From assembly GCA_010909165.1 (NCBI GenBank), contig MU008170.1:186001-250000 (forward strand): DNA of 64,000 nt. The letters run 5' to 3'. This stretch comes from Anthoceros angustus (lineage: Eukaryota; Plantae; Anthocerotophyta). Both the position numbers and the translations under genes were made by a program. The notes beneath the pieces are model-generated. The model ran no database searches, was not told where the DNA came from, and saw only the letters and a list, made by a program, of their open reading frames with translations. Positions within the stretch are counted from its first letter, which is position 1. Every line of letters starts with the position of its first letter. This document shows, in pieces, positions 36,128 to 64,000 of this stretch.

Positions 36128-38973
36128 ACCTCCCACTTAAAGGCCAATTTACCTTCGTAGAAGAATGGACTACCTCATGTCCATCAGTGTCCGAGCTTGT
36201 GCAAATTGCTCGTAGAGTCCCTTGGTAAGAATATCTGCGGGGTTGGTGGTGTGAACCTTGACAAGTTGTACCCTCTTGTCATCCAACACCTCTCGAATGA
36301 GTGATACTTCACATCCACATGTTTAGTCTTCGCATGAAACTGGATTCTTTGCCAATTGGATAGCACTACGGCTATCACAATGCAACACCGGCAACTCAAC
36401 CTTGATCCCCAAGTCTCCCACTAAGCGAGCAAGCCATATGGCTTCCTTGCAAGCCTCGATTCTTTGCAACATACTCGGCCTCTGTGGTAGATAGCGTAAT
36501 GCTGCGCAAGCGAGATCGCCATGAGGCGCCCCTCCGTGCACATGAAGACATAACGATGTGGACCTCCTTTTGTCCATATCCCATAATCGACATCGTGTAC
36601 CCAACCACACATGCATCTTCACTACCAAAACATATGCACAAAGCTTTTGTACCATTCGGATACCTCATAACTCCTTTTCGCCTCCCAATGCTTCTTGCGA
36701 GGTTTGACATAAACACTAACCACTCCCACCGCAAAGGCAATGTCGGGGCGTGTAGCAATCATTGCATACATCAAACTCCCTACGGTGATGAGTATGGGAC
36801 CTTCTCCATTTCACTTTGTCCTCCTCGAGCTTGGGCAATCCGGCTTGAAAGTTTCACATATGGAGGCAATGGGTACCCAATGGTTTCCCCTTCTCCATGT
36901 TGAAGCGTTGAAGCACCACATTAATGTATTCCGTCGAGACAAATAAAGCGGGCCTTATGTCTGTTCCGACGAATACGCATGCCAAGTATATGGCTCGCCT
37001 CTCCCAAGTCTGTCATTTCAAAGTGAGCATTCAACTTTGACTTCAGAAAATCTCATCGATCTTGTTCGACAATTAGCATATTATCCACATAGAGGATCAA
37101 AATGAGCAAGCTTTGATCCTTAGCTTGCTTCGTATAGAGGCAATGATCCTCATCGCTACGTTTGTAGCCTTGAAAAGGCATAAATGAGTGGAACTTGTGA
37201 TACCACTCTCTGGGTGCCTGTTTCAAACCATAAAGGCTCTTCCGCAACCTGCACACCAGAGTCTCTTTACCCTTCTCAACAAAACCTTATAGTTGCTGCA
37301 TGTAGATGTCCTCTTGAAGGTCACCATGCAAGAATGCCGTCTTGACATCCATCAGTACAAGTTCCATATCATTCACAGCAACCAAAGCAAGAACACATCG
37401 CAAAGTTGTCATTTTGACTCGGTGAGAAAATCTCATCAAAGTCAATGCACGGTTGTTGCTTGAAACCCTTAGCAACCAATCGTGCCTTGTACTTTGGTTT
37501 GCCATCAAGTATGACCTTCATCTTGTACACCCATTTGCAGTAGTGCCTTCTTATCCTAGGCAACGAACCAACTCCCAAGTTTGGTTCTTATGCAATTCAT
37601 TTCGATCGCATGGCCTTCTCCCACTTTGTTACTCATTGACATGGCCTCTTTGTAAGAAGAGGGTTCCCACAATCTGTCGGCATGACATAATCCGAGATGG
37701 ATCATACAGCCGGGAGGTCGTGTAATCTGCGACCTCTGACAGGCACCTCTATAGGAGCTTGTTCGACTCTTGGTTCATCTACGGTGGAGGAATGTGCTCC
37801 CGCACATTACCACGGTTATCAACACCCATGATGATCATGTCCATCTTCTTGGAAGATCACCCTTCGCACCTCCACGGTTGGAGTAGGCTTCATGCATCTT
37901 GTTCTCATTGAAGAACACGTCGTTAGTACGAACAACCTTTCTAGCTTCTGGATCCCATAAACGGTATCCCATCTCACCAAAATCACCATAGCCAAGAAAA
38001 TTACATTTCTTGGACTTAGGTGCCAACTTGTCCCAAAACTCTTTTGGAACATGGCAGTATGCCTCACAGCCAAACCCTCGCAGATGTTTGTAGGATGGTT
38101 TCTTTCCAGACCATAGCTCCTCTGGAACCTGCTCATCAACAGCCTTATTAGGAGATCTGTTAATAAGATGAATTGCAGTATACACTGCTTCTGCCCAAAA
38201 CCCATTAGGCAATCTAGAGTTTGACAACAAACTACGCATCCTCTCCTGAATGGTTCTGTTCATCCGCTCAGCCACACCATTTTGTGGAGGAGTATCTGTG
38301 ATCAATTCTCTTTTGATTCCTTGGAATCAGAATGACTGAAAGCTTTGAAACATACTCTCCACCATTATCGTCCTTAGACACTTCAATCGGTGGCGGTGAT
38401 TCTCTACAAGGGTGACAAATTTACGAAACACCGAACTTCATCCTTTTCCTCAAAGGATAAACCCACACTTCGCGTGAGAAATCATCTATGAAAGTGACAA
38501 AATAGGAGGCACCGCCTAATGATGCAGTTGGCATAGGTCCACATACATCACTATGAACCAACTCAAGAGGTTTACTCCTACCTTTACCTCTTGTTCGATG
38601 TGATGATTTTATGCATTTCCCATATAAGCAGTGCTCACATCGAGAGATCGAGAAGTTAAACGAGGATATAACGAGCGAGATAAAACCTTCATTCCCTTCT
38701 GAGACATATGTCCTAACCGGCAATGCCACAAGGAAACATTTGGCTGCTCTGTTACACAGATTATATGATCTTTGACAGTGTTTACCTGAAGTGAGTACAA
38801 AGTGCCACACTTCGATCTAGCAGGGCTCCCTAGGAAGGTCCACAAGAAGCCCCTAGGAAACTGCGCAAGAAGCTTCCTAGTGATTAGCTTTAGCTAAACT
38901 AATGATACTTAACTGACACCTAACTTAGACTAAGCGTATTAGTCTAAGTACATTGGGCTTTAATACCCTTACA
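35768..38973 (-). mobile_element. Internally deleted Ty1/copia element (integrase-RT-RNaseH; lacks gag, protease, PBS and the TATA/R/U5 part of the 5' LTR)
   Basis: Integrase (DTPPQNGVAERMNRTIQERMRSLL..FWAEAVYTA), RT (MDVKTAFLHGDL; LRKSLYGLKQAPREWY; YVDN in place of catalytic YVDD) and RNaseH (CDSRSAIQLAKNPV; KTKHVDVKYH). 155-bp LTR match 35973-36127 vs 38819-38973 with 3 mismatches. PPT AAGTGGGAGGT at 36128-36138. Left LTR edge at 35768 is tentative. Confidence 0.93.
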
Positions 38974-40432
38974 TTGTATAGGTCATTCATCTCCTCCAAT
39001 AGGACGTGGTTGGCATGCATCCAGTTGGTAGAAGAGGTTGTCATGAAATCTAGGAGGGGCAAAAACGTCTGGGCCAGCCATCCAACCAGTGAGTCAACCT
39101 GTCCGCGTGAACATTGGCCAACCACCAAAGTGAGTGTGCCTGAAATAGTGCGCTTCCAACTTCAGGAAGGCACTCTCATAGTACGAAGTCCAAGTCCAAT
39201 CCAAATATCTGCAACCGCAGTCCCTGAGCTCAAAAAGGACTTTGAAATCCGCAGGGTAGTTTTCGATGTGGCAGATGAAATCGTTGTGGTCTTCGGCGTG
39301 CTGTAGTAGCGCATCCAGCTCCTCGTAGCACAGAGGATGCATGGGCTTCTTGGGGTCATAAGACTTGTAAAAGAGCTCAAACCACATGTTCGGATCTGGT
39401 GAGCGTGGCGGAGAGCATGGAACCCTCCTCCACCGGTGGTTCGCACATGCTGTGGCTACAGGCTGCGAGGCCTGCAGAGTCTGAAGAGGAGAGGGAGGTG
39501 CGGCGCCTGTTATCCTGCCCATGCTGCCCGCAGTATTCGAACCGCCCCCCACTGTCCGCCTTGCAACCTGCCACCCTCACTGGCCGGTTGGAGAGGTTGC
39601 CCTCAAGCGGCCACCCCAACCCGCAACCTCGCCCCAACCTACTGCCTCAACTTGCAGCCTCGACTGCATGCGCTTGAGGAGGCCGCACCCATGCTCGCCT
39701 CACCGCTCCCGCACAACACTGCCGCACCCACGACCGCCTCACCGCTCCCGTTCCACCCTGCCACACACACGCCCGCTTGGAGGCAGTTTTTGGTGCCCGC
39801 GCCGCTCGTCTGCCGCCCTAGCCTCTCGCCCCACCAGCCTCGTGGAAGGGCTGAAGTCAAGGGTGCTGAAGGGCCGAGTTCCTCCAAAACTCAGCCCCCT
39901 CACTCACGCTACAACTTCCTTCAGTCTGCAAAGAGAAATCCCAACGGCGCGGAAGGAAATTCGGTGGGTGAAAAAAAGGGCACCTTTAAAGCATACACAT
40001 AAACCAAACACTGGCCATGTTGTGTTTCATTTGTGTGTATGCTTCAAAGTGGCCGCTTTGGTGCATCCCCTTTGGCACCTTCAGTTCCGTTTGTTATCAA
40101 AGCGGACAAAATACACCATGTAGGCAAACGTGTGGTTTGGAGGAAAGTTTGGTGTGAAAAAATATGTCCCCCATCCTCTTTGGTATGCCATATCTACTAG
40201 GGGTTTAGGGTTTGGAGAAAATGATTTTGGCCGACGTGTAATGCCATCATAAGCATTATTTTAACGCATGAAAACCCAATTTTAAAAACTGAAAGAAATA
40301 AAAAGACACCGAGGAGGATTACAGATGGCCGGTATGGTACGCCATATGCATATGAGACGGCGATGGGATTCAATTCGAGTTAGCAGTTAGCAAGGACATT
40401 CAAGTCAATTCCACGCGAGTATCCTAGCTAGA

Positions 40433-42563
40433 ATGGCAGGGCAGCTTGTGCGCAAGCTGCGGGGTCACGACAAGGCAGTGCTCTGCTGCGTTGCTGCTCA
40501 GGCTTCTACGCATCTGCTTGCGTCGTCTAGCGAGGTGATTCTGCGCTCCGCATGATAGTGGATGCAAGCCTGGAGGTTGGGGGGTTGAGGAATGAACTGA
40601 CACCTGCTGAAGTCTTTTTGCAGGATGGAACGGCGTGCGTTTTTGACATCAGGTGTAAATCGAGCTGCCAGAGGCTGCAATCTTTCGGTGGAGAAGCAGT
40701 TGTGTCAGTGTATCTTCATCCAGGTGTGAAGCAGGCGTTTGCTCGTCCTTGTGTCTGGGGTCATTGGTGCCAGGATATATTTGTAACATGAGGTGTTTTT
40801 TCCACAGGCAATGAGGACTTGCTGTATGCGGCAGCTGGCAAATCTGTGTATGTGTGGGATCTGCGGCTGGTATGTTTCAAAGAGACAACGTTGACAATAG
40901 ACTCGTGAGGGCACAGTTGTCCGACGTTTTTGTCAGTGCTGGATCCGCCTCACATTTGCCTGTTTCGTGGAGGGTTCTTCTGGCACAGAACTGCACAAGT
41001 ACTCTTTCAACAAGGACGAGATAAATCAGGTAGGATAGGTTGCCGTGCTCCTCATTAGGGGGTGTATGCACTGACCTTAGCTCCAGCCACACACCTGTGG
41101 TGGTGCTGATGCTACAGTTGGCGGTGAACAAGAAAGCCACATTTCTGGCAGCTGCTGATGACACAGGTGAAACCAAGGTAGGTGATTAGCTCGGTTTTCA
41201 TGCATTCCCCGCTGTTGGTTATGTTTGCTCATACGTGGTGCTCGAATATGCGTTTGCAGATAGTCGATCTCTCCAGTCACAAATTATACAAAACCCTGAG
41301 GGGAGTGCACACCAACGTGTTTATCTATCCTTGACCAATTGTTTTGTTGAAAAAACTTGAAAGCTTTAGACATCCAGGAGATGGAATCGCTTGAGCCACT
41401 GCTCATGTCACCATGGGCATTCACGTTGAGCTTTTGTTGCAATGCTTCTTATCAGATATGCAGCACAGTACAGTTCCATCCGCAACGATCCTGGGAAGGT
41501 GAAGATACATTGGTCGTCTTGTATCTGATAAACCTGCTGTCTGGCTGTCCTGGATGCAGTTGTTGCTTCACAACATCTCTTTATGTGCTTAAGAACAATT
41601 GCCTTATTCTAAGCTTTGCTTTCCTATTTCCCCTACAGTCCTTTCTGGAGCTCTGGATTGCAGGATTGTAAAGTGGGACTTCTCAAGAGGGCGATCCTTG
41701 AAAGAAATTAACCTTGGTATCCACCTCCACCCTTGTCATATGAACCTAATTTCAACTGACCTTGCAGACAGTGCAGTGATTTGGTCATTCGTGTTTTGGA
41801 CTTTCGCAGCTGTGAGCTCAGAGGGAACATCTCAGATTTGCAATCCTCCGTTCATCCACTCCTTGGCAGTGGCTGGAGCGGAACTGGCAGGAGAAGCTGG
41901 AAGGATTATTGTTGCTGCACGTGGCGATGGGGCAGTGGATGTGTTTGATATTGAATTCAAGGGTCCTACGCCTCCTGAAGCTAGCAGTTCAAAGAAGAAA
42001 AGGGGCACCATCTCTGGAGCAACTAACTCCTTGGTAGCTGACGATGGACATGGCGTACCCAGCTCCGAGCTACCTGGAAGACTTTGCCACCTGGGTTCAA
42101 GTAATGGAGGACACACAAGCGCCGTGTCAACTGCGTACGTGAGATCCCTCTGGCTTCACAGAATATGATTGGCCACTTGGGGAGACAAGTTCAAATGCTA
42201 ACGATGTCTTCTCACACAGCACATTTGCTAGGTTTGGTTGTCCCGTCCAGTACATCGTGTCCGGGGGCAACGACTCTTGTATCAAGTTGTGGGAGTGGGC
42301 AAACCAGAGGCAGCAGGGAGATGGGGCAATTGACGAGACCAGAAATCCTCTCATCTTGGACATTCAGCACCGAAAGAAGGTGCGAGTCCACCAGTCAGTT
42401 AGAATCCCTTGCTCACATTGCTGTTACCATCTAGCCCAAGCTGCAAAATTGTCACTGAAACTTATGATTGCAGGTAAATTGGTGCACTACCACCGGCGGT
42501 GCATCTGAAAATTTGGTAGTGGCAGACACCTCTAAGGTCTTAAGCGTGTATAGCATCCCTTGA
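40433..42563 (+). CDS. WDR53: WD40-repeat protein, WDR53-like, multi-exon
   Basis: MAGQLVRKLRGHDKAVLCC..SSEDGTACVFDIR, LAAADDTG, HPQRSWE..SGALDCRIVKWDFSRGR, CNPPFIHSLAV, GGHTSAVST, SGGNDSCIKLWEW, terminal ..VADTSKVLSVYSIP*. GT-AG introns join the fragments. Confidence 0.8.
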
Positions 42564-42638
42564 AAATTTACAATTGATTCCGGTACCTACGCACCTAGGA
42601 ACGTCAAGACGGGGGTGCCTCGGCGCCCCGCAAAATAG

Positions 42639-43609
42639 TTAGAATATTGAAGGTGCCCCGAATCCGTAATTTTGGTTGCCGCTGTTGGGCACAGTGAAAT
42701 CCGTTGCCACCGGCAACGACGCAGCCGCTGCCTGCTTCATAGACTCCGAGTCCGCATCCTCATTAAGAATAGCCTGCACTGCCAAGCGTGCCTCTTGTCG
42801 GAACCTGGACGGGCAAGCAAGTGACAGGGCCATCAGTTGTCTGTCTTCCTTGCGACACCAGCTTCAACCCAGTGAAAGAGTCAGCCGCTCTAGAGTGCAC
42901 ACCTTCGGATATCCTCAATCTCCTCCTTCCTGCGCTTTATTTGCGCTTCCAACAAGTGAATTAGGGTAGCCCTTGCCTACCAAGACACACAAGTCCAAGA
43001 ACATTTCAGAGCAAAGCCGGGCGAGTTGAGGCCAAAGCAAGGCAAATCCAAGAGCTGCGAATTACTTGATGCGGGCGCAGAGAGTTGAGGAGGTGATGTA
43101 TGTTCTTCAGAATCAAGCCCATGTCCTCCACCCTGCGTGCATACTGCGACGGCCTCTCCACCAGCACATCAGCAAGCTCCAGCATGTTCAGCATCAGCTC
43201 GCTATTGAGCTGCTTCAATTCCCTTCTGTAGTCTGAAACATGCAACTTGTGGTAAGCTCCATGACCTGTGAGGACCCAATTCACAGAAGCCGCACGACCC
43301 AAATTGCATGTGCTCACCTACTTCAGCTCCCTTGGAATACAGCTGTCGGAGGCCTTCCTCCTCCAAGCTGGGCAGCAAGTGATCCGTCTGCAGAACAGGC
43401 ACGTCAATCCCAGATCGCGATTGCACTTCCCATGACAAAAAGCAGTTGATAACAGCAGGCAGGAGCAGCACCGTGTAGGTAGACCCGAACATGACATAGG
43501 TCCCAACAACAGGAGGCGGCGGGGCTGGAGCAGACTCGGGCTTCTCGCCATAGTCCTTGTACAGCTTGTAGAAGGGCGGAGGCGGAGGATACGCTGCCGC
43601 AGCCGCCAT
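42639..43609 (-). CDS. MED7: Mediator subunit 7, multi-exon
   Basis: AYPPPPPFYKLY..PPPP..GTYVMFG..LPSLEEEGLRQLY..DYRRELKQLN..LELADVLVERPSQYARRVEDMGLILKNIHHLLNSLRPHQ. ATG at 43609-43607, stop at 42641-42639. Confidence 0.95.
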
Positions 43610-43674
43610 AGCTACCAAGACTCAGCTGAGCTCAGAAATGCTCTTCCCCCGTCCAGCAACACAGCACTGGTTTC

Positions 43675-43953
43675 CTATTTCAAGCCCAGCAGGCTGTCAG
43701 CTCCGTAGGTTAGCGAGATGCCGCTCACGCCCCGGGCCTGCAGCATGTCCAGCTGCTTCTTCCCCTGGCGCAGCAGATACTCGATGGTCTGGAAGTCCTT
43801 GCGGTCTACCTCGGTCGCGTTTTTCCTAAACTGCGCCTTCACAAACAGCTCAATACTGCGACGGGCCTCCCCCTCCTTCCCCCGCGCCGCCCGCAGCAGA
43901 GCCCGCTGCAGACTCAGCACCTCCCGCTGCAGCCCCGACAGCCTGCGGCTCAT
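43675..43953 (-). CDS. SDHAF1: LYR-family succinate dehydrogenase assembly factor 1, intronless, 92 aa
   Basis: MSRRLSGLQREVLSLQRALLRAAR..FRKNATEVDRKDFQTIEYLLRQGKKQLDML matches the SDHAF1 pattern (LSGxQ..VLSLYR..IEYLLR.G..QL). Confidence 0.88.
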   Translation of the reverse strand: MSRRLSGLQREVLSLQRALLRAARGKEGEARRSIELFVKAQFRKNATEVDRKDFQTIEYLLRQGKKQLDMLQARGVSGISLTYGADSLLGLK

Positions 43954-44102
43954 CTCATCGCCGCCCACCAACCGTCACCGCACTGACATCCTCCCGGGGC
44001 AGCAGGAGATAGCGAAAGGCAAGTCTCGCCCTCGCGGAAAGGCAAGCACATAGAGCCCGAGCCTCCCGTTTCTTGGGCTCACCGCGGGCGCCGAATCTGG
44101 CA
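43954..44102. promoter_or_regulatory. Putative bidirectional promoter/leader region between SDHAF1 and the dynein gene
   Basis: Only 149 bp between the divergent ATGs (43953 and 44103). Inferred from geometry only; no TATA seen. Confidence 0.5.
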
Positions 44103-62108
<18,006 letters not shown>

Positions 62109-62442
62109 CTGGATGCAAGACCTCCTTTGGTTGGCTCAGGCTCGGGCTCAGGCTTTATTGGACTACCTAACGCCAAGGCACTGTTCTGCCCCGGGTTTCA
62201 AATACAATGTGCATTGTACAAATCAACTCAATGTCTGCTTCTGCTGCACCCCGACAGCGCATGCATGTACACTAGCGTCTACAAAACTCCTGTACAGGTG
62301 AGGTGCTAGCCAACCACTCAAAGAATATCTACAGCTGCTCATGAGCATGTATGTATACAGCTCGCTTGTCACTGTCGGGTTGAGGTGACGCCAGACGCGT
62401 CCGGCTGGCAAAAGAATGTTGGCAGAAAAAGAATGTGATCCA

Positions 62443-63890
62443 CTATGACTGATCCCACGGGCCAGTAAACTTCGTGGGTCGGCTTCTAAGCCAGTGCAGC
62501 ATCTCCCGATTCAACTCCCTACCTAGCATGACCGCATCAAGCATGGGACTCCCATATATGCCCCTGTTGCTCTTGAACTCCCACAGAGACTTGGGCCACT
62601 GCTTTTGAGGATTTTTTTCCTGATACACACCAAAGCGATCACTCAGTGCCCACCACTTGTACTTCAAACAGACACAGTAAGTGCTGCGCATCAAACACAC
62701 AACTTACCATGCTTCTCACCATCTCCTGTCTCTGCTTGGGTCCATAAGGCCATTGGTACTCATGATACTGCCCTTTAGCATAGCATGATGCTAAATCTGG
62801 CAGCACCAAGCATCCTCGCCTCTCCTTTGATAAGTTAACATCCGGACGGGGGTGCTGCTTGAACCAATACAACAACTGACCCCATATATACTCCCTATTG
62901 TACACCTTCTTCCAGGTGGTCGTACCACCACCAGTAGAATGCCTGTGACCGAGCTCTAGTGCATCTATTTCTATCTCCTCTGATTCTACTTCCTCGTATT
63001 CCTGAAACCATCACAGCAAAATTAATACCTTGAAGGTCAAGAGAAAAACACTTCAGCCCTTAGCAGGAAGTCCAAATGATCCTTACCTCGCAGGTGAAAA
63101 AATTCTCTGTATACGCATAAAGATGAATGACATCTGCGGCAGCATCATGTCGAGCTCGACAGGATGCATTGAGTGCTAGAAGCTCATCCCGAAGCCTGTC
63201 AAAGTTGATTTGCCACGTTCAGAGTTCAGCGAGTACTCACACTAAAATCACGTTTTTTATAAAGAAAAGTTCGACAAGTACCATAACAGTGAGTGACGTA
63301 GATTGTCTTCCACTTCCCCTAACCCAGAGCCAGGGTCATGCTCCCGAATCTTTCGCCGCAAAGCTTGATAAGTATCCCTGTCGACATATGTATCAACTAA
63401 TTGTAGCAGTTCTTGCACAAGAGAATTGCTGCCCTTCCAGATCTTCTTCAACAGCTCTCCTCCGGTTAGCCTCTTCACCGGTGGAGGTGCGACCTTGGGG
63501 TCTTTGTACACCTTCGTAAGCACATGCCGAATCTGAAGCATTCAAGAGTCAGCGAAATTTGACAAAGTCAGTCTTGAACAGACCAACTGAAGAGAGAGGG
63601 AGACCAGAAGCCCCCGTTCAAACCTTGTCAAGAGTTATTGCCAAGTTCTGTAGTCGTAACATGTACAAACCGTCTGTCTGCATGCCGAATGAAAAGTTAG
63701 AACAGCTGGCCGTTCTGCAACTCCGAGTGGAACAGGTAAGGCAGCTTGGGAAACCCATACACACCTGCACTTCAGCGTCTACCCTTTCCTGCTCAGAGAA
63801 ACTATCATTCGCTTGCTGACGTCTCTTGCGGGCTTTTGACTTCATGAGCTCATCCGGTAGCTCCATTTTCTCCTTATTAATATACTGGAC
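62443..63890 (-). CDS. ATXR3: 3' exons of H3K4 methyltransferase ATXR3/SDG2 (gene continues beyond the right edge)
   Basis: DAEVQ..RLQNLAITLDKV..VAPPPVKRL..HDPGSG..SLLW..RHDAAADVIHLYAYT..GQLLYWF..RGCLVLPDLASCYAK..YGP..GSPMLDAV..WLRSRP..WD matches the conserved ATXR3 C-terminal region. Stop at 62445-62443. Confidence 0.9.
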
Positions 63891-64000
63891 CTGTAACTCC
63901 AGATTATGCATTCAGATTCATCCAGAATCACCTCTTCATCATGAGGCATCTTCATTAGGATGAGCACAAAGACACAAAACATAACGCACCACAGAGTGTG

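Larger units (their letters stand above)
34939..39552 (-). pseudogene. Remnant ORF of unknown function belonging to the TIR element, split by the Copia insertion and the 58-bp array
   Basis: 39094-39552 (WFELFYKSYDPKKPMHPLCYEELDALL..DCGCRYLDWTW..) frameshifts into ..GWLAQTFLPLLDF..LLEEMNDLY, which abuts the Copia LTR at 38974. A second piece, ~35300 to 34939, reads through one in-frame TAG (35131-35133) into a coiled-coil-like tail (RDLRATLHGMRNAVQAREATLNGLRLSMKAMEDAME*). That the two pieces form one gene is inferred. Confidence 0.4.
33327..40192. mobile_element. TIR DNA transposon, 6866 bp including a nested Copia, flanked by a 6-bp TSD (TCTACT); superfamily unassigned
   Basis: Left end TATGGCATACCAAAG..CATATTTTTTCACACCAA (33327-33377) is the reverse complement of right end TTGGTGTGAAAAAATATG..CTTTGGTATGCCATA (40149-40192). 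TCTACT at 33321-33326 and 40193-40198. Inverted subterminal motif TGTCTATGCTTCAAAGGTGC (~33529-33548) versus GCACCTTTAAAGCATACACA (~39980-39999). Confidence 0.85.

Overview
Eukaryotic nuclear DNA from a land plant with flagellated sperm. An axonemal dynein heavy chain sits next to pectin GAUT, SEC16, GIL1/IRKI-like and ATXR3 genes, and the short introns and high gene density are Selaginella/bryophyte-like (taxon is inferred). Layout: 1-6.0 kb is a decayed minus-strand Ty1/copia element with several internal tandem duplications. 6.1-7.9 kb holds LTR-like repeats. Then come a PHD+BAH chromatin gene (8.1-10.7 kb), a GIL1/IRKI-like gene (12.3-14.0 kb), a GAUT13/14-like gene (16.8-19.2 kb), a 34-bp minisatellite (20.7-21.2 kb) and SEC16 (24.2-31.2 kb). 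A 6.9-kb TIR element with a 6-bp target-site duplication (33327-40192) carries an orphan ORF remnant, three internal repeat arrays and a nested, internally deleted Copia. The window ends with a very compact cluster: WDR53(+), MED7(-), SDHAF1(-), inner-arm dynein heavy chain(+, ~18 kb) and the 3' end of ATXR3/SDG2(-). The best leads are the unclassified 6-bp-TSD DNA transposon and the possibly bicistronic SDHAF1-MED7 unit, which lies head-to-head with the dynein gene. No rRNA, tRNA or CRISPR was seen. Protein family assignments come from recalled motifs; no database searches were run.
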